DNA of 32,000 bases. Origin: Candidatus Saccharimonadota bacterium (lineage in GTDB: Bacteria; Pseudomonadota; Alphaproteobacteria; Rickettsiales; Anaplasmataceae). Shown in pieces: positions 9,149-19,713 of the stretch. The notes beneath the pieces were generated by a model that was not told the DNA's origin, searched no databases, and saw only the letters and a program-made list of their open reading frames with translations. Every line of letters starts with the position of its first letter. Position 1 is the stretch's first letter. The DNA lies in assembly GCA_029715105.1 (NCBI GenBank), contig CP085695.1, positions 360,001-392,000 on the forward strand. Reading direction: 5' to 3'. The translations under genes and the position numbers were made by a program.

Positions 9149-9745
9149 GTGATCTTTTTCTTTTATCTTTTTGCAATTTTTAACATTTTATCTGCTATTT
9201 GCGTGATTAGTGTTAACAACACTATGTATGCAGTGTTGTTTTTAATTTTAACTTTTATAAATTCTGCAGCTCTTTTTATCCTTCTTAAAGCTGAATTTAT
9301 TGCTATGATAATACTAATAGTGCATGTTGGAGCAGTTATAGTATTATTTATATTTGTGGTCATGATGCTTGATACAGATTATATAAAATTACATCAGGGT
9401 TTTGTAAAGTATTTAACTATTGGTTTCGTATTGTGTGTCGTATTCTTATTCATTATTAGTTTTGCAATCTATAATTCAGAATCTGGTATAAATAATAATA
9501 ATGCTGCTATAAGCCGTATTGATAATGTGAAATCTATCGGTAATTTTTTATACACTGATTATGCATACGCTTTTTATCTTTCTGGCATTTTATTGCTTGT
9601 TACGAGTATTGGTGTAATTATTCTCACCTTACATGATAAGAAAAAAAATAAAATTAAAAGACAAAGCGTATTAAAACAATTGACACAATCTTCGTCCGTA
9701 AAATTAGTTAAACCCGAATTTAGAAAGGGATTGGAATGGAAATAG
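9149..9745 (+). CDS. nuoJ: NADH-quinone oxidoreductase subunit J
   Basis: 198 aa polytopic membrane protein with a NuoJ-like N-terminus ([19 protein letters not shown]...AVLFLILTF). GTG start. First gene of the J-K-L-M-N order. Confidence 0.92.
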   Translation: MIFFFYLFAIFNILSAICVISVNNTMYAVLFLILTFINSAALFILLKAEFIAMIILIVHVGAVIVLFIFVVMMLDTDYIKLHQGFVKYLTIGFVLCVVFLFIISFAIYNSESGINNNNAAISRIDNVKSIGNFLYTDYAYAFYLSGILLLVTSIGVIILTLHDKKKNKIKRQSVLKQLTQSSSVKLVKPEFRKGLEWK

Positions 9746-10044
9746 GATTAAATCATTTTTTAATAGTTGCTGCTATTTTATTTACTATAGGAGTGAGTGG
9801 CATTTTTATTAATCGTAAAAGTATAATTAATATTCTATTATCAATAGAAATATTGTTGTTGGCAGTTAATATAAATTTAGTTGCTTTTTCTGCTTTTAAC
9901 GATAACATAATTGGACAAGTCTTTGTTATGTTTGTATTGACTGTTGCAGCAGCTGAGTCAGCAACAGGACTCGCAATATTGGTAGTGTATTATAGGAGTC
10001 GAAGCAATATAGATATTGAACAAGTTAGCCTAATGAAAAAGTAA
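9736..10044 (+). CDS. nuoK: NADH-quinone oxidoreductase subunit K
   Basis: 102 aa. [16 protein letters not shown] motif. Overlaps nuoJ by 10 nt. Confidence 0.95.
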   Translation: MEIGLNHFLIVAAILFTIGVSGIFINRKSIINILLSIEILLLAVNINLVAFSAFNDNIIGQVFVMFVLTVAAAESATGLAILVVYYRSRSNIDIEQVSLMKK

Positions 10045-10047
10045 AAT

Positions 10048-11928
10048 ATGGCTGATATATTAAAATTAATAGTGTTTTTACCGCTTTTTAGTTCATTATC
10101 TTCTGCTTTCTTTCCTAGAAAAAATATTCTTAATCAATTAATAGCCATTGTAGGAATTGGGATATCTACTGTTTTATCATGGTACGTTTTTTTTGCTCTT
10201 TCTCAAAATTATCACTTAATTTTATTTTCTTTGTTTTCTTTAAGCGTTTTAAAAGTCGATTGGGCAATTAAAATTGATACTCTTTCATCTTTAATGCTAA
10301 TTGTAATTACTACTATTTCTTTAGTAGTTCATATCTATTCTATTGGTTATATGAAATATGATAAAGGAAAATCTAGATTTTTTTCTTATTTATCATTGTT
10401 TACGTTTTGTATGATTATATTAGTTGTGAGCGATAATTTTATACAACTTTTTTTTGGCTGGGAAGGGGTTGGATTATGCTCTTACTTACTTATAGGATTT
10501 TGGTTTCAAAAACACTCTGCAAATAATGCAGCGTTTAAAGCATTTATTGTAAACAGGGTAGCAGATTTAGCATTATTAATTGGAATTTTTTTAGTTTACC
10601 ATGTATTTCATACTTTAAAATTTATCGAGATTTTTGATGAAATTAATCATTTTAAACAGTGTACTGAAACAGTGTATCATAAGTTAAGAATGATTCATAT
10701 AATGTGTATATTACTTTTTATTGGTTGTATGGGAAAATCTGCTCAGTTTGGTTTGCACGTTTGGCTTCCAGATGCTATGGAAGGACCGACTCCAGCTTCC
10801 GCACTTATTCATGCAGCTACTATGGTAGTGGCAGGTATATTTTTAATAGCAAGGTGTTCTCCGTTATTTGAATTATCAAGTTTAACGAAAGAATTAATGA
10901 TAATTATTGGAACATTTACTGCATTTTTTGCGGCTGTTGTTGCAACTATTCAAAACGATATAAAAAAAATAATTGCTTATTCGACTTGTAGTCAACTTGG
11001 TCATATGTTTATGGCATGTGGCTTTTCTGCTTACAATATCGCTATTTTTCACTTAATGACACATGCCTTTTATAAGGCTTTGTTATTTCTTAGTGCAGGT
11101 AATGTAATTCATACAATGCATTCGCAAAATATTAAGAAAATGAAAAACTGCTGGAAAAAACTCCCGTGTACCTATACTTTTATTTGGATTGGATCTCTTG
11201 CGCTTTCTGGGATATTTCCATTTGCTGGTTTTTATTCAAAAGACTTAATAATTGAATATGCTTATAATACTAGTGGTTTTATTTTTATAATAAGCTTAAT
11301 TATTGCGTTTTTTACTGCATTTTATTCTTGGAGATTTCTATTACTTATATTTCATAATCAAAATTATGATCAAAAACAAAATGAAATTGATATATATGAA
11401 GTACCAAAGATTATGATTATACCTCTATTAATACTTGTTTTTGGGTCTATGTATTCTGGAATATGGGGGAATAATATTTTATATATAACTAGTAACACAT
11501 TTTGGAAATCAAGTTTAGTAATTACTGATGAACAGTATAAAACGCATCTTCTTATAAAGATATTACCAAATGTAATGAGTTTAAGTGGAATAATACTAGC
11601 ATACTCAATTTATTTTTATAAAAGATTTCAACAAATTAAAAGCAAATTTCTATTTAAATTTTTGCAAAATAAATTATATATTGACGAAATATATGATTTT
11701 ATCATAGTTGTACCGATGAGGTTTATATCTAAATTTTTGTGGAGATTTGATGTTGAGGTAATTGATTCATTTGGACCAAATGGTATAGTTTATTTAGTTA
11801 ATAAATGTTCAAAATTTTCTACAAAACTACAAACAGGTTATGTATTTGATTATGCGTTTATTATGTTTATTACCTTAATAATTGGTACTTTATATATCAT
11901 TGGAGTTAAACAATTAAAGTGTTACTAA
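10048..11928 (+). CDS. nuoL: NADH-quinone oxidoreductase subunit L
   Basis: 626 aa. WEGVGLCSYLLIGFW and HVWLPDAMEGPTPASALIHAATMV antiporter-like subunit motifs. Confidence 0.95.
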   Translation: MADILKLIVFLPLFSSLSSAFFPRKNILNQLIAIVGIGISTVLSWYVFFALSQNYHLILFSLFSLSVLKVDWAIKIDTLSSLMLIVITTISLVVHIYSIGYMKYDKGKSRFFSYLSLFTFCMIILVVSDNFIQLFFGWEGVGLCSYLLIGFWFQKHSANNAAFKAFIVNRVADLALLIGIFLVYHVFHTLKFIEIFDEINHFKQCTETVYHKLRMIHIMCILLFIGCMGKSAQFGLHVWLPDAMEGPTPASALIHAATMVVAGIFLIARCSPLFELSSLTKELMIIIGTFTAFFAAVVATIQNDIKKIIAYSTCSQLGHMFMACGFSAYNIAIFHLMTHAFYKALLFLSAGNVIHTMHSQNIKKMKNCWKKLPCTYTFIWIGSLALSGIFPFAGFYSKDLIIEYAYNTSGFIFIISLIIAFFTAFYSWRFLLLIFHNQNYDQKQNEIDIYEVPKIMIIPLLILVFGSMYSGIWGNNILYITSNTFWKSSLVITDEQYKTHLLIKILPNVMSLSGIILAYSIYFYKRFQQIKSKFLFKFLQNKLYIDEIYDFIIVVPMRFISKFLWRFDVEVIDSFGPNGIVYLVNKCSKFSTKLQTGYVFDYAFIMFITLIIGTLYIIGVKQLKCY

Positions 11929-13370
11929 TTAGTATATTTTTATTTCCATTAATAGGAGCATTAATATTAACTCAAATTAAGGTCAGTCATAAGTCAATAC
12001 ATTTAGTGAAATTTATCTCTTTGTTTTTTACTATACTGCCGTTTTTGTTTAATATTATTGTATGTACTAAATTTGATTATAGTAAAGCAGATTTCCAGCT
12101 AGTTAGCTATCCAATTAAAAATATTGGCATAGGTATAGATGGTATATCGTTACTTTTTCTTTTACTTACAACTTTTCTATTTCTTATTTGTGTACTGTAT
12201 AATAATACAGTAAGCTATATAGCTTTTAAAGCTTATATGATATTATTTTTATTACTCGAAAATTTCATAATAGGTTTTTTTATTTCACTGAATGCTATTA
12301 GCTTTTACATTTTTTTTGAAGCAACTCTAGTACCTACATTTTTTATTATCGGTATTTGGGGAGGAAAACAAAGGGTATATGCAGCATTTAAGTTGTTTCT
12401 TTATACACTTACAGGTTCATTATTTTTTTTACTTGGATTGATATATATGTATAACATGTTTGGAACATTTGATATACGAAAACTAATCATATTAATACCA
12501 AATCTTGATTTTTTTGCGCAATTATTGCTGTGGGTTGCATTTTTTATTTCTTTTGCAATAAAAATTCCGATGTTCCCATTTCATACATGGCTTCCTGATG
12601 CTCATGTGCAGTCTCCGACTACTGGATCGGTAATTTTAGCTGGATTGCTTATTAAAATGGGAGGATATGGTTTTTTAAGATTTTCTATTCCAATGTTACC
12701 TAAAGTGAACTTTTATTTTTCAAATTTCGTTGTTATACTAAGTGCGATTGCTGTAATATATACTTCATTAGTAGCATTTGCTCAAAATGATATAAAAAAA
12801 TCAATAGCTTATTCCTCAATATCACATATGGGAATTGTGACTGCTGGACTCTTTTCATTTTGTGAAGAGGGTATGATTGGTGCTACATTCCAAATGATTA
12901 GTCATGGTCTCATTTCTGCTGCTTTATTTTTTTGTACTGGTATTCTCTACGCTAGAACTAGAACTTTAGAAATTATAGAATGTTTTGGAATAGTGAACAT
13001 TATGCCAAAATTTAGTTTTATGTTTGTTTTGTTTTCATTGGCCTCAATCGGATTACCTGGAACTTCTGGATTTATAAGTGAGTTTTTGGCTATGGTAGGA
13101 GTATTTAAAAGAGGATTTTTTACTACAGGATTTATTGCCTCTGGTTTCATTTTGAATGCTGTTTACATGTTGAATTTATGTAAACAAATAATATGGGGAT
13201 GTAATTATTCTAAATTAGTAGTTGATAGTTGTCTGAGTAATATAGAATTTTATGTTTTAATTTTATTTATGATACTTATTGTATTACTTGGATTTTATCC
13301 AACTCTTGCAATAAATTATTTAAGGCCATGTATAATGGATTTATTGAGTAACAACTATAAAGTTATATGA
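11919..13370 (+). CDS. nuoM: NADH-quinone oxidoreductase subunit M
   Basis: 483 aa. FHTWLPDAHVQSPTTGSVILAG motif. GTG start. Overlaps nuoL by 10 nt. Confidence 0.95.
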   Translation: MLLISIFLFPLIGALILTQIKVSHKSIHLVKFISLFFTILPFLFNIIVCTKFDYSKADFQLVSYPIKNIGIGIDGISLLFLLLTTFLFLICVLYNNTVSYIAFKAYMILFLLLENFIIGFFISLNAISFYIFFEATLVPTFFIIGIWGGKQRVYAAFKLFLYTLTGSLFFLLGLIYMYNMFGTFDIRKLIILIPNLDFFAQLLLWVAFFISFAIKIPMFPFHTWLPDAHVQSPTTGSVILAGLLIKMGGYGFLRFSIPMLPKVNFYFSNFVVILSAIAVIYTSLVAFAQNDIKKSIAYSSISHMGIVTAGLFSFCEEGMIGATFQMISHGLISAALFFCTGILYARTRTLEIIECFGIVNIMPKFSFMFVLFSLASIGLPGTSGFISEFLAMVGVFKRGFFTTGFIASGFILNAVYMLNLCKQIIWGCNYSKLVVDSCLSNIEFYVLILFMILIVLLGFYPTLAINYLRPCIMDLLSNNYKVI

Positions 13371-14767
13371 ATTACATGCAAATACTGCCAGAGACATTTT
13401 TTGTTATTTTTTCATTAACATTGCTATTACTTGGAATTGTGCTTAATCGTCGTATTATTAATTTACTGGCGTTATGTTGCCTAATAAGCACCTTAATATT
13501 TTTGATTTTTTTAACAGAAAATAATGAAACTTTTTTATTCAGTTCATTATTGAAGTTTAACTTATACATTAGATTCGCACAGGGATTAATCCTCCTTGTA
13601 GGCATTTTAATATTTTTACTATTAAATTTATCAAAATATAAATATAAATATGAGTTTTCAATATTAATTCTTTTTGCATTATTTGGTATGATGACATTAG
13701 TTTCAGTAAATAATTTGATTTCTTTTTATTTAGCTTTTGAACTAATGAATATACCTTTATATATTCTTGCAAGCTTTAATAAAAATTCAATTTATTCATG
13801 TGAAGCTGGAGTAAAATATTTTACGCTTAGTGCATTATCTTCATGCATTATGTTATATGGAATATCTTTGCTGTATGGATATACAGGACAAATAAATTTT
13901 GCTCAGTTGAATTTTTTTGTACAGAATTATCAAATAACTTATGGAATAATTTTTGGATTTGCATTTATTCTTGTTGGTTTATATTTCAAGCTTGCCATTG
14001 TTCCTTTTCATATGTGGGCTCCAGATGTTTATCAAGGTGCTCCTACTATAGTAACTGTATTTTTTGCTATTGCTCCAAAAACTACGTTCATAACATTTTT
14101 AATTAGGTTAATAAATACTGAATTAGCAAGTATTAAAAACCATATTCAACCTATTTTTTTATATATTTCAACATTATCTATACTTGTTTCAGCTTTTGGA
14201 GCTTTACAACAAAAAAATTTAAAAAGGTTATTTGCCTATAGTTCAATAAGTCATATTGGTTTTATATTTGTTTCATTTTCTGTTTTTACTAAAATTGGAG
14301 CAAATAGTTCTTTAATATATTTAATAGTTTATATCCTAACAAATGTAGGATTATTTTCTTATTTTATACAAATAGATGACGATGACTGTAAAATCATAAA
14401 TTTATCTGGTATAGGAAAAAAATACCCAGTTTTAGCATTTCATCTTTCTACATTATTGCTTTCTATGGCTGGAATACCTCCATATGCTGGCTTTTTTACT
14501 AAATTGCTTATATTTAGAAGTTTAATAAATTCAGGCTTTATTACTATATCCATAATCCTCATAATAGCAAGTGTTATATCATGCTTTTATTATCTAAATA
14601 TTATAAAAGCTATGTACCTTGATGAAATCAGTAGTAACAATAAAATTGTTCATCCTGATAATTTTTTATTTATTATTACTTCAATGATTTCTTTAATTAA
14701 TATTACTTTTTTCATATATATAGAGGATTTATATTCACTAATTCATTTAGTAACTAAGGGATTATAA
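13367..14767 (+). CDS. nuoN: NADH-quinone oxidoreductase subunit N
   Basis: 466 aa. PFHMWAPDVYQGAPT motif. ATGA overlap with nuoM. Confidence 0.95.
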   Translation: MNYMQILPETFFVIFSLTLLLLGIVLNRRIINLLALCCLISTLIFLIFLTENNETFLFSSLLKFNLYIRFAQGLILLVGILIFLLLNLSKYKYKYEFSILILFALFGMMTLVSVNNLISFYLAFELMNIPLYILASFNKNSIYSCEAGVKYFTLSALSSCIMLYGISLLYGYTGQINFAQLNFFVQNYQITYGIIFGFAFILVGLYFKLAIVPFHMWAPDVYQGAPTIVTVFFAIAPKTTFITFLIRLINTELASIKNHIQPIFLYISTLSILVSAFGALQQKNLKRLFAYSSISHIGFIFVSFSVFTKIGANSSLIYLIVYILTNVGLFSYFIQIDDDDCKIINLSGIGKKYPVLAFHLSTLLLSMAGIPPYAGFFTKLLIFRSLINSGFITISIILIIASVISCFYYLNIIKAMYLDEISSNNKIVHPDNFLFIITSMISLINITFFIYIEDLYSLIHLVTKGL

Positions 14768-14768
14768 A

Positions 14769-15572
14769 ATGATTTTTAAAAAATTTGATGGATTTCATAT
14801 TCATTACTATAGAAAAGTTTCTAGTACTAATAAAAAAGCACTTGATTTAATCAACGAAGGAATAATTTCAAATGAAACGGTTATTATTTCTGATGAACAA
14901 ACAAACGGTAGAGGTCGTATAAAAAAAAAATGGATTTCTCCAAAAGGAAATTTTTATGCAAGTTTTATTATAGACTTATTAAATAATCGTTTTAATATAA
15001 TTTCAGTATTTAGTTCTGGAATTGCTTGTTGGTGGAATACTGATGAACAAATTTTGCATAAGTTAACAGAATTAGTTTTTGTTGTAGCTATTGCTGTTGG
15101 CGATACATTATCTTTGTTCATAAAAACAAGTTATATTAGTTATAAATGGCCAAATGATATTTTGGTAGATGGTAAAAAAATAAGTGGAATTTTAATTGAA
15201 AAAAAATCCAATTCAAATTGGCTAGTTATAGGAATCGGGATTAATATCAATTGTACACCCCTTTTAGGGTCAACATGCATTAGTAATTATGGTAAATCTA
15301 TATCTAATTTAAATTTATTAAAAGAGTTAATATTAAACTTTAATAAATTAAGAAAGCAGTGGATATGCGAGGGATTTTATATTATAAGAGAAATGTGGAT
15401 GAAAAAAGCATTTAAAATAAATCAACAAGTTAGTATCAGATTATCTGATAAAAAATCATATAAAGGTATTTTCATTGGCATAGATAAATATGGTAAACTA
15501 ATGTTACGCCAAAAAGGCAAAGTTTTGGTTTGTTCTGGTTCTATAGAGTTATTTATTAATGGTATATTGTGA
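14769..15572 (+). CDS. birA: Biotin-[acetyl-CoA-carboxylase] ligase, group I (no N-terminal HTH)
   Basis: 267 aa. GRGRIKKKWISPKGN and KWPNDILVDGKKISGILIE motifs. Starts 1 nt after the nuoN stop. The nuoN-birA adjacency is common in alphaproteobacteria. Confidence 0.88.
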   Translation: MIFKKFDGFHIHYYRKVSSTNKKALDLINEGIISNETVIISDEQTNGRGRIKKKWISPKGNFYASFIIDLLNNRFNIISVFSSGIACWWNTDEQILHKLTELVFVVAIAVGDTLSLFIKTSYISYKWPNDILVDGKKISGILIEKKSNSNWLVIGIGININCTPLLGSTCISNYGKSISNLNLLKELILNFNKLRKQWICEGFYIIREMWMKKAFKINQQVSIRLSDKKSYKGIFIGIDKYGKLMLRQKGKVLVCSGSIELFINGIL

Positions 15573-15689
15573 ATATATATGTAGTTTTTACTTACTTTAT
15601 TTGTTTTTTATTAATTATTGGAAAACTATTTTTTACTATTTTTTATTATATTAAGAGTGAAAAAATTTTGAAAGATCTTAAAAATAACA

Positions 15690-16091
15690 ATGAAAAAAAA
15701 ATATAAAAGGTTATTTTTGATTTTAGGAATTTTCTTTTTTTTTAATTGTGCAATTTTTTTTGTTTTAACAACTCTTAAAGAGAATATTTCGTTTTTTTAT
15801 ACAGTAAGTGAAGCGATGATTTTGCTAAATAATCAAAATAAACAAAAATCTGTTATTCGTATTGGTGGAATGGTTATCGAGAATAGTGTAATACATAATG
15901 ATAACGAAATAATTTTTCAAATAACAGATTTTAATAAAAGTATTAAAGTGAAATATTATGGAATATTACCACCAATGTTTTCGGAAAAAAGTGGAGTTGT
16001 TGTACAAGGCCAGATACTTAAAAACGGTATATTTTTAGCAAATACAGTACTTGCAAAACACGATGAAAACTATATGCGTAAAAAAAAGTAG
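15690..16091 (+). CDS. ccmE: Cytochrome c-type biogenesis heme chaperone CcmE
   Basis: 133 aa. N-terminal membrane anchor, OB-fold body, and C-terminal heme-binding LAKHDENYM (HxxxY). Confidence 0.92.
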   Translation: MKKKYKRLFLILGIFFFFNCAIFFVLTTLKENISFFYTVSEAMILLNNQNKQKSVIRIGGMVIENSVIHNDNEIIFQITDFNKSIKVKYYGILPPMFSEKSGVVVQGQILKNGIFLANTVLAKHDENYMRKKK

Positions 16092-16329
16092 TAATATAAG
16101 TTTTTTACTTAAAATTACAATACTGGACTTTATTCTCGCTTATTTTACTTAAACAAAGTTCCAAAATTAAATTTGACATCCATTTTACAGTTAATTTATT
16201 CATTAATTTTATTAATATATTTGAGAAATACATTTATATTTTGAATAATTTATATATTAAACTATAGATAAATAATTAAAGTAGAAATAAAATTTTACAT
16301 ATCTTTATATATAAAAATCTTAAATTTTT

Positions 16330-19300
16330 ATGTTTGTACATTTACGTGTTCATAGTATTTATTCATTACTTGAAAGTTCAGTTAAAATTGAAGAGTTAAG
16401 CGATATTTGCCTACAAAATAAAATGCCAGCAGTTGCTATAACTGATTCAGGTAACTTATTTGGTTCATTTGAATTTACAGAATGTATAATGAGCAAGGGA
16501 ATACAACCAATAATAGGATGTAATATTATGGTTCGACACTTGGAGCAGTATCTATCTATATTACTGCTTGCTAAAAATAAGCAAGGATATGATAATCTAG
16601 TTATTTTAGTTAGTGAATCATTTAAAAAACGTGAAAACAATAGCGATATTCCTTACGTTAACTTTAACGAATTAGTGAATTTAAATTCAGGTCTAATAGC
16701 CTTAACTGGAGGTTATGATGGTATATTAGCTCAACTCTTATCGATGCAAGATAAAGAAATAATAAAAAAATTGCTTTTAGCATTCAATAATCATTTATAT
16801 ATTGAACTGCAACGTCATGGCCTTAATAAAGAGCTAGAACTTGAAGAAAGCTTGATAAATTTCGCTTATCAATACAATATACCGTTAGTTGCTACTAACG
16901 ATGTATTTTTTCTTCATAAATCCGATTATGAAGCTTATAATGTATTAACGTGTATGCCAGATGGAAACTATGTTCTTAAAAAGAGCAGAAAGAAGGTAAC
17001 TATTGAGCACTATTTCAAATCTGCAATAGAAATGGAAGAAATATTTAGTAATATTCCTGAAGCAATTCATAATACTTTAGTAATAGCAAAAAGATGCTCT
17101 TATATAATGAAAAGTAGGAAACCTATTTTACCTAAGTTTCCTTGCCAAAAAAATAAAACTGAAAATGAAGAACTTACAGAACAAGCAGTTGCAGGATTAA
17201 AACTTCGTATTACAAAAGAAAAAAGTATAAATATAAAAAGATATTACGATCGATTAAATCATGAATTAAATATAATAATATCGATGAACTATGCTGGTTA
17301 CTTTTTAATAGTTTCTGATTTTATTCGTTGGAGTAAAACAAATGGTATTCCAGTCGGTCCAGGGAGAGGCTCTGGCGCCGGGTCAATTGTTGCTTGGGCA
17401 TTGCAAATTACAGATCTTAATCCGATAAAATTTGGTTTAATTTTTGAAAGGTTTTTAAATCCTGATCGTATATCAATGCCTGACTTTGATATAGACTTTT
17501 GTCAAAAAAAAAGGGATTTAGTTATTGACTATGTTAGAAAAAAATATGGTTATGTTGCTCAAATAATCACTTTCGGAAAATTACAGGCAAGAGCAGTGTT
17601 ACGTAATGTTGGAAGAGTATTACAGATTCCTTATTCTCGTGTTGATAAAATATCTAAAATGGTTCCGTTTAATCCTGTGAACCCTGTAACTTTATCACAA
17701 GCGATAAAATTTGATCAAAATTTGCAAAAAGAAAGAGACAGCGATGAAATAATTGCAAAACTTTTAGATATTTCTCTTAGACTTGAAGGAATATATCGTC
17801 ATATTTCAACTCACGCAGCTGGAATTGTGATATGTGATCAAAAGCTGGAAAATTTTGTTCCAATTTATTACGATTCAAGTTCAGCTTTACCAATTACTCA
17901 ATATAATATGAAATATGTTGAAAAAGTAGGATTAATAAAGTTTGACTTCTTGGGACTTGGCACACTTACTCTAATAGATCATATTTGTAGTTTGATTAAT
18001 CGCAATGAAAAAAAAATTGATATTTCTTCTATTTCATTAAGTGACCAAAAAACTTATGAAATGCTTTCAATGGGTGATTCAATTGGAGTATTTCAACTTG
18101 AAAGTTCTGGAATGAGAGAGGTATTAGTAAAATTAAAACCAGATTGTATTGAGGACATTATCGCTTTAATTTCTCTTTATCGTCCAGGACCCATGGATAA
18201 TATTTCAACTTATATTTCAAGAAAACATGGTCTTGAAAAGATAGATTATATTCATCCATTACTTGAAAAAGTATTAAAAGAAACATTTGGAGTAATAATT
18301 TACCAAGAACAAGTAATAGAAATAGCGCGCGTTCTTTCTGGATATGGTTTAGCTGAAGCAGATTTATTAAGACGTGCTATGGGTAAAAAAATTAAAAAAG
18401 AAATGGATAAACAACGTGAACTTTTCATACAAGGAGCAATGAAAAACAGAATTGATTATGATATGGCAAAACATATTTTTAATCTTGTTGCAAAATTTGC
18501 TGGTTATGGATTTAATAAATCTCATGCAGCAGCTTATGCAGTGCTATCTTATCAAACAGCTTATCTCAAGGCTAATTATCCACTAGAATTTTTTACAGCT
18601 TTAATGAACTTAAGTATTGATGATAAAGATAAATTAAATTTATTTTATCATGCTGCAAAATCTAATGGAATCTCTATTCTTCCACCTGACATAAATAAAT
18701 CTAAAGCTCAATTTTTAATAGAAAACGGACATATCCGTTATGGAATTGCTGCTTTACGTAATGTTGGTTTCTCTGTTGCAGAAGAGATAATAAACACGCG
18801 CCTTAATGTCTATAATGATATATGGGAATTTATTCAAAGCTCTGGTTTGATAAATAAAAAAGCGTTAGAAAGCTTAATTAAGTCAGGAATATTTGATAGT
18901 ATATATCAAAATAGGAAAGAGTTATATGAATCAGTAGATGCGTTGATTTATTTTGCAAATAAAAATAGATATTACAGAGAATCTAATCAAACTGTTTTAT
19001 TCGATAATTTTTATGATCTCAAGCCTAAAATTGAGAGTAAAAAGGACTTTAATGAAGAAGAAAAATTAGAACATGAGTTATTTTCTTTAGGATTTTATTT
19101 GACAAATCATCCGCTTGAAAAATTTAGGGTAATCTTAAAAAAGTTGAACATTGGATTTATTAAAGAAAATGGAACGACAAAAATTGCTGGTGTGATAGTA
19201 AGTGTCCGTATGAGGACTTCAGGGCATGGAAGATTTGTCATACTTACGCTCTCTACTCCTCATAATATCTTTGAAATAACACTTTACAATAATAAAATTA

Positions 19301-19668
19301 TAGAAAAAAAGAGAAATTTATTTTCGCAAGGGACATTTGTAATAATTGATCTTGAAGTTTCAGATAACATAACAAGATTAATAGGAAAAAATATATCTGA
19401 ATTTACAGAAAAAATTGCTTCTATAATTAAAGAATTAGTATTATTAATTGGACGTATAAATTCACAAATAGCGATTATGGAACTACACTCAATACTGAAA
19501 AGTAATGGTACAACTAAAATCATACTAGAACTCTCTCTTGAGAATAGGAAAATAGTAAATATACTATTACCTGATACATATTTAATTACTCCTCAGATTC
19601 TTTATAAAATATCTAATTTAAATTGGATTAAAGATATAAAAATTAATACAAATAGCTTGCTTATATAA
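16330..19668 (+). CDS. dnaE: DNA polymerase III alpha subunit
   Basis: 1112 aa. PHP domain start FVHLRVHSIYSLLES, catalytic MPDFDIDF, and GVFQLES / LYRPGPM motifs. Confidence 0.97.
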   Translation: MFVHLRVHSIYSLLESSVKIEELSDICLQNKMPAVAITDSGNLFGSFEFTECIMSKGIQPIIGCNIMVRHLEQYLSILLLAKNKQGYDNLVILVSESFKKRENNSDIPYVNFNELVNLNSGLIALTGGYDGILAQLLSMQDKEIIKKLLLAFNNHLYIELQRHGLNKELELEESLINFAYQYNIPLVATNDVFFLHKSDYEAYNVLTCMPDGNYVLKKSRKKVTIEHYFKSAIEMEEIFSNIPEAIHNTLVIAKRCSYIMKSRKPILPKFPCQKNKTENEELTEQAVAGLKLRITKEKSINIKRYYDRLNHELNIIISMNYAGYFLIVSDFIRWSKTNGIPVGPGRGSGAGSIVAWALQITDLNPIKFGLIFERFLNPDRISMPDFDIDFCQKKRDLVIDYVRKKYGYVAQIITFGKLQARAVLRNVGRVLQIPYSRVDKISKMVPFNPVNPVTLSQAIKFDQNLQKERDSDEIIAKLLDISLRLEGIYRHISTHAAGIVICDQKLENFVPIYYDSSSALPITQYNMKYVEKVGLIKFDFLGLGTLTLIDHICSLINRNEKKIDISSISLSDQKTYEMLSMGDSIGVFQLESSGMREVLVKLKPDCIEDIIALISLYRPGPMDNISTYISRKHGLEKIDYIHPLLEKVLKETFGVIIYQEQVIEIARVLSGYGLAEADLLRRAMGKKIKKEMDKQRELFIQGAMKNRIDYDMAKHIFNLVAKFAGYGFNKSHAAAYAVLSYQTAYLKANYPLEFFTALMNLSIDDKDKLNLFYHAAKSNGISILPPDINKSKAQFLIENGHIRYGIAALRNVGFSVAEEIINTRLNVYNDIWEFIQSSGLINKKALESLIKSGIFDSIYQNRKELYESVDALIYFANKNRYYRESNQTVLFDNFYDLKPKIESKKDFNEEEKLEHELFSLGFYLTNHPLEKFRVILKKLNIGFIKENGTTKIAGVIVSVRMRTSGHGRFVILTLSTPHNIFEITLYNNKIIEKKRNLFSQGTFVIIDLEVSDNITRLIGKNISEFTEKIASIIKELVLLIGRINSQIAIMELHSILKSNGTTKIILELSLENRKIVNILLPDTYLITPQILYKISNLNWIKDIKINTNSLLI

Positions 19669-19713
19669 AAGATTTAAGTATACTGGAGCTAGTTGATATT
19701 AGAGAATATTTAA

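Noticed and set aside
9163-14106. ORFs 9163-9363(-), 12947-13150(-), 13372-13605(-), 13569-13772(-) and the same-strand alternate-frame 13843-14106(+) inside the nuo genes.
   Set aside because: They are embedded in the confidently identified nuoJ, nuoM and nuoN. The Cys-rich 87-aa product of 13843-14106 is just the +1 frame of T-rich membrane-protein codons. It has no start context or motif.
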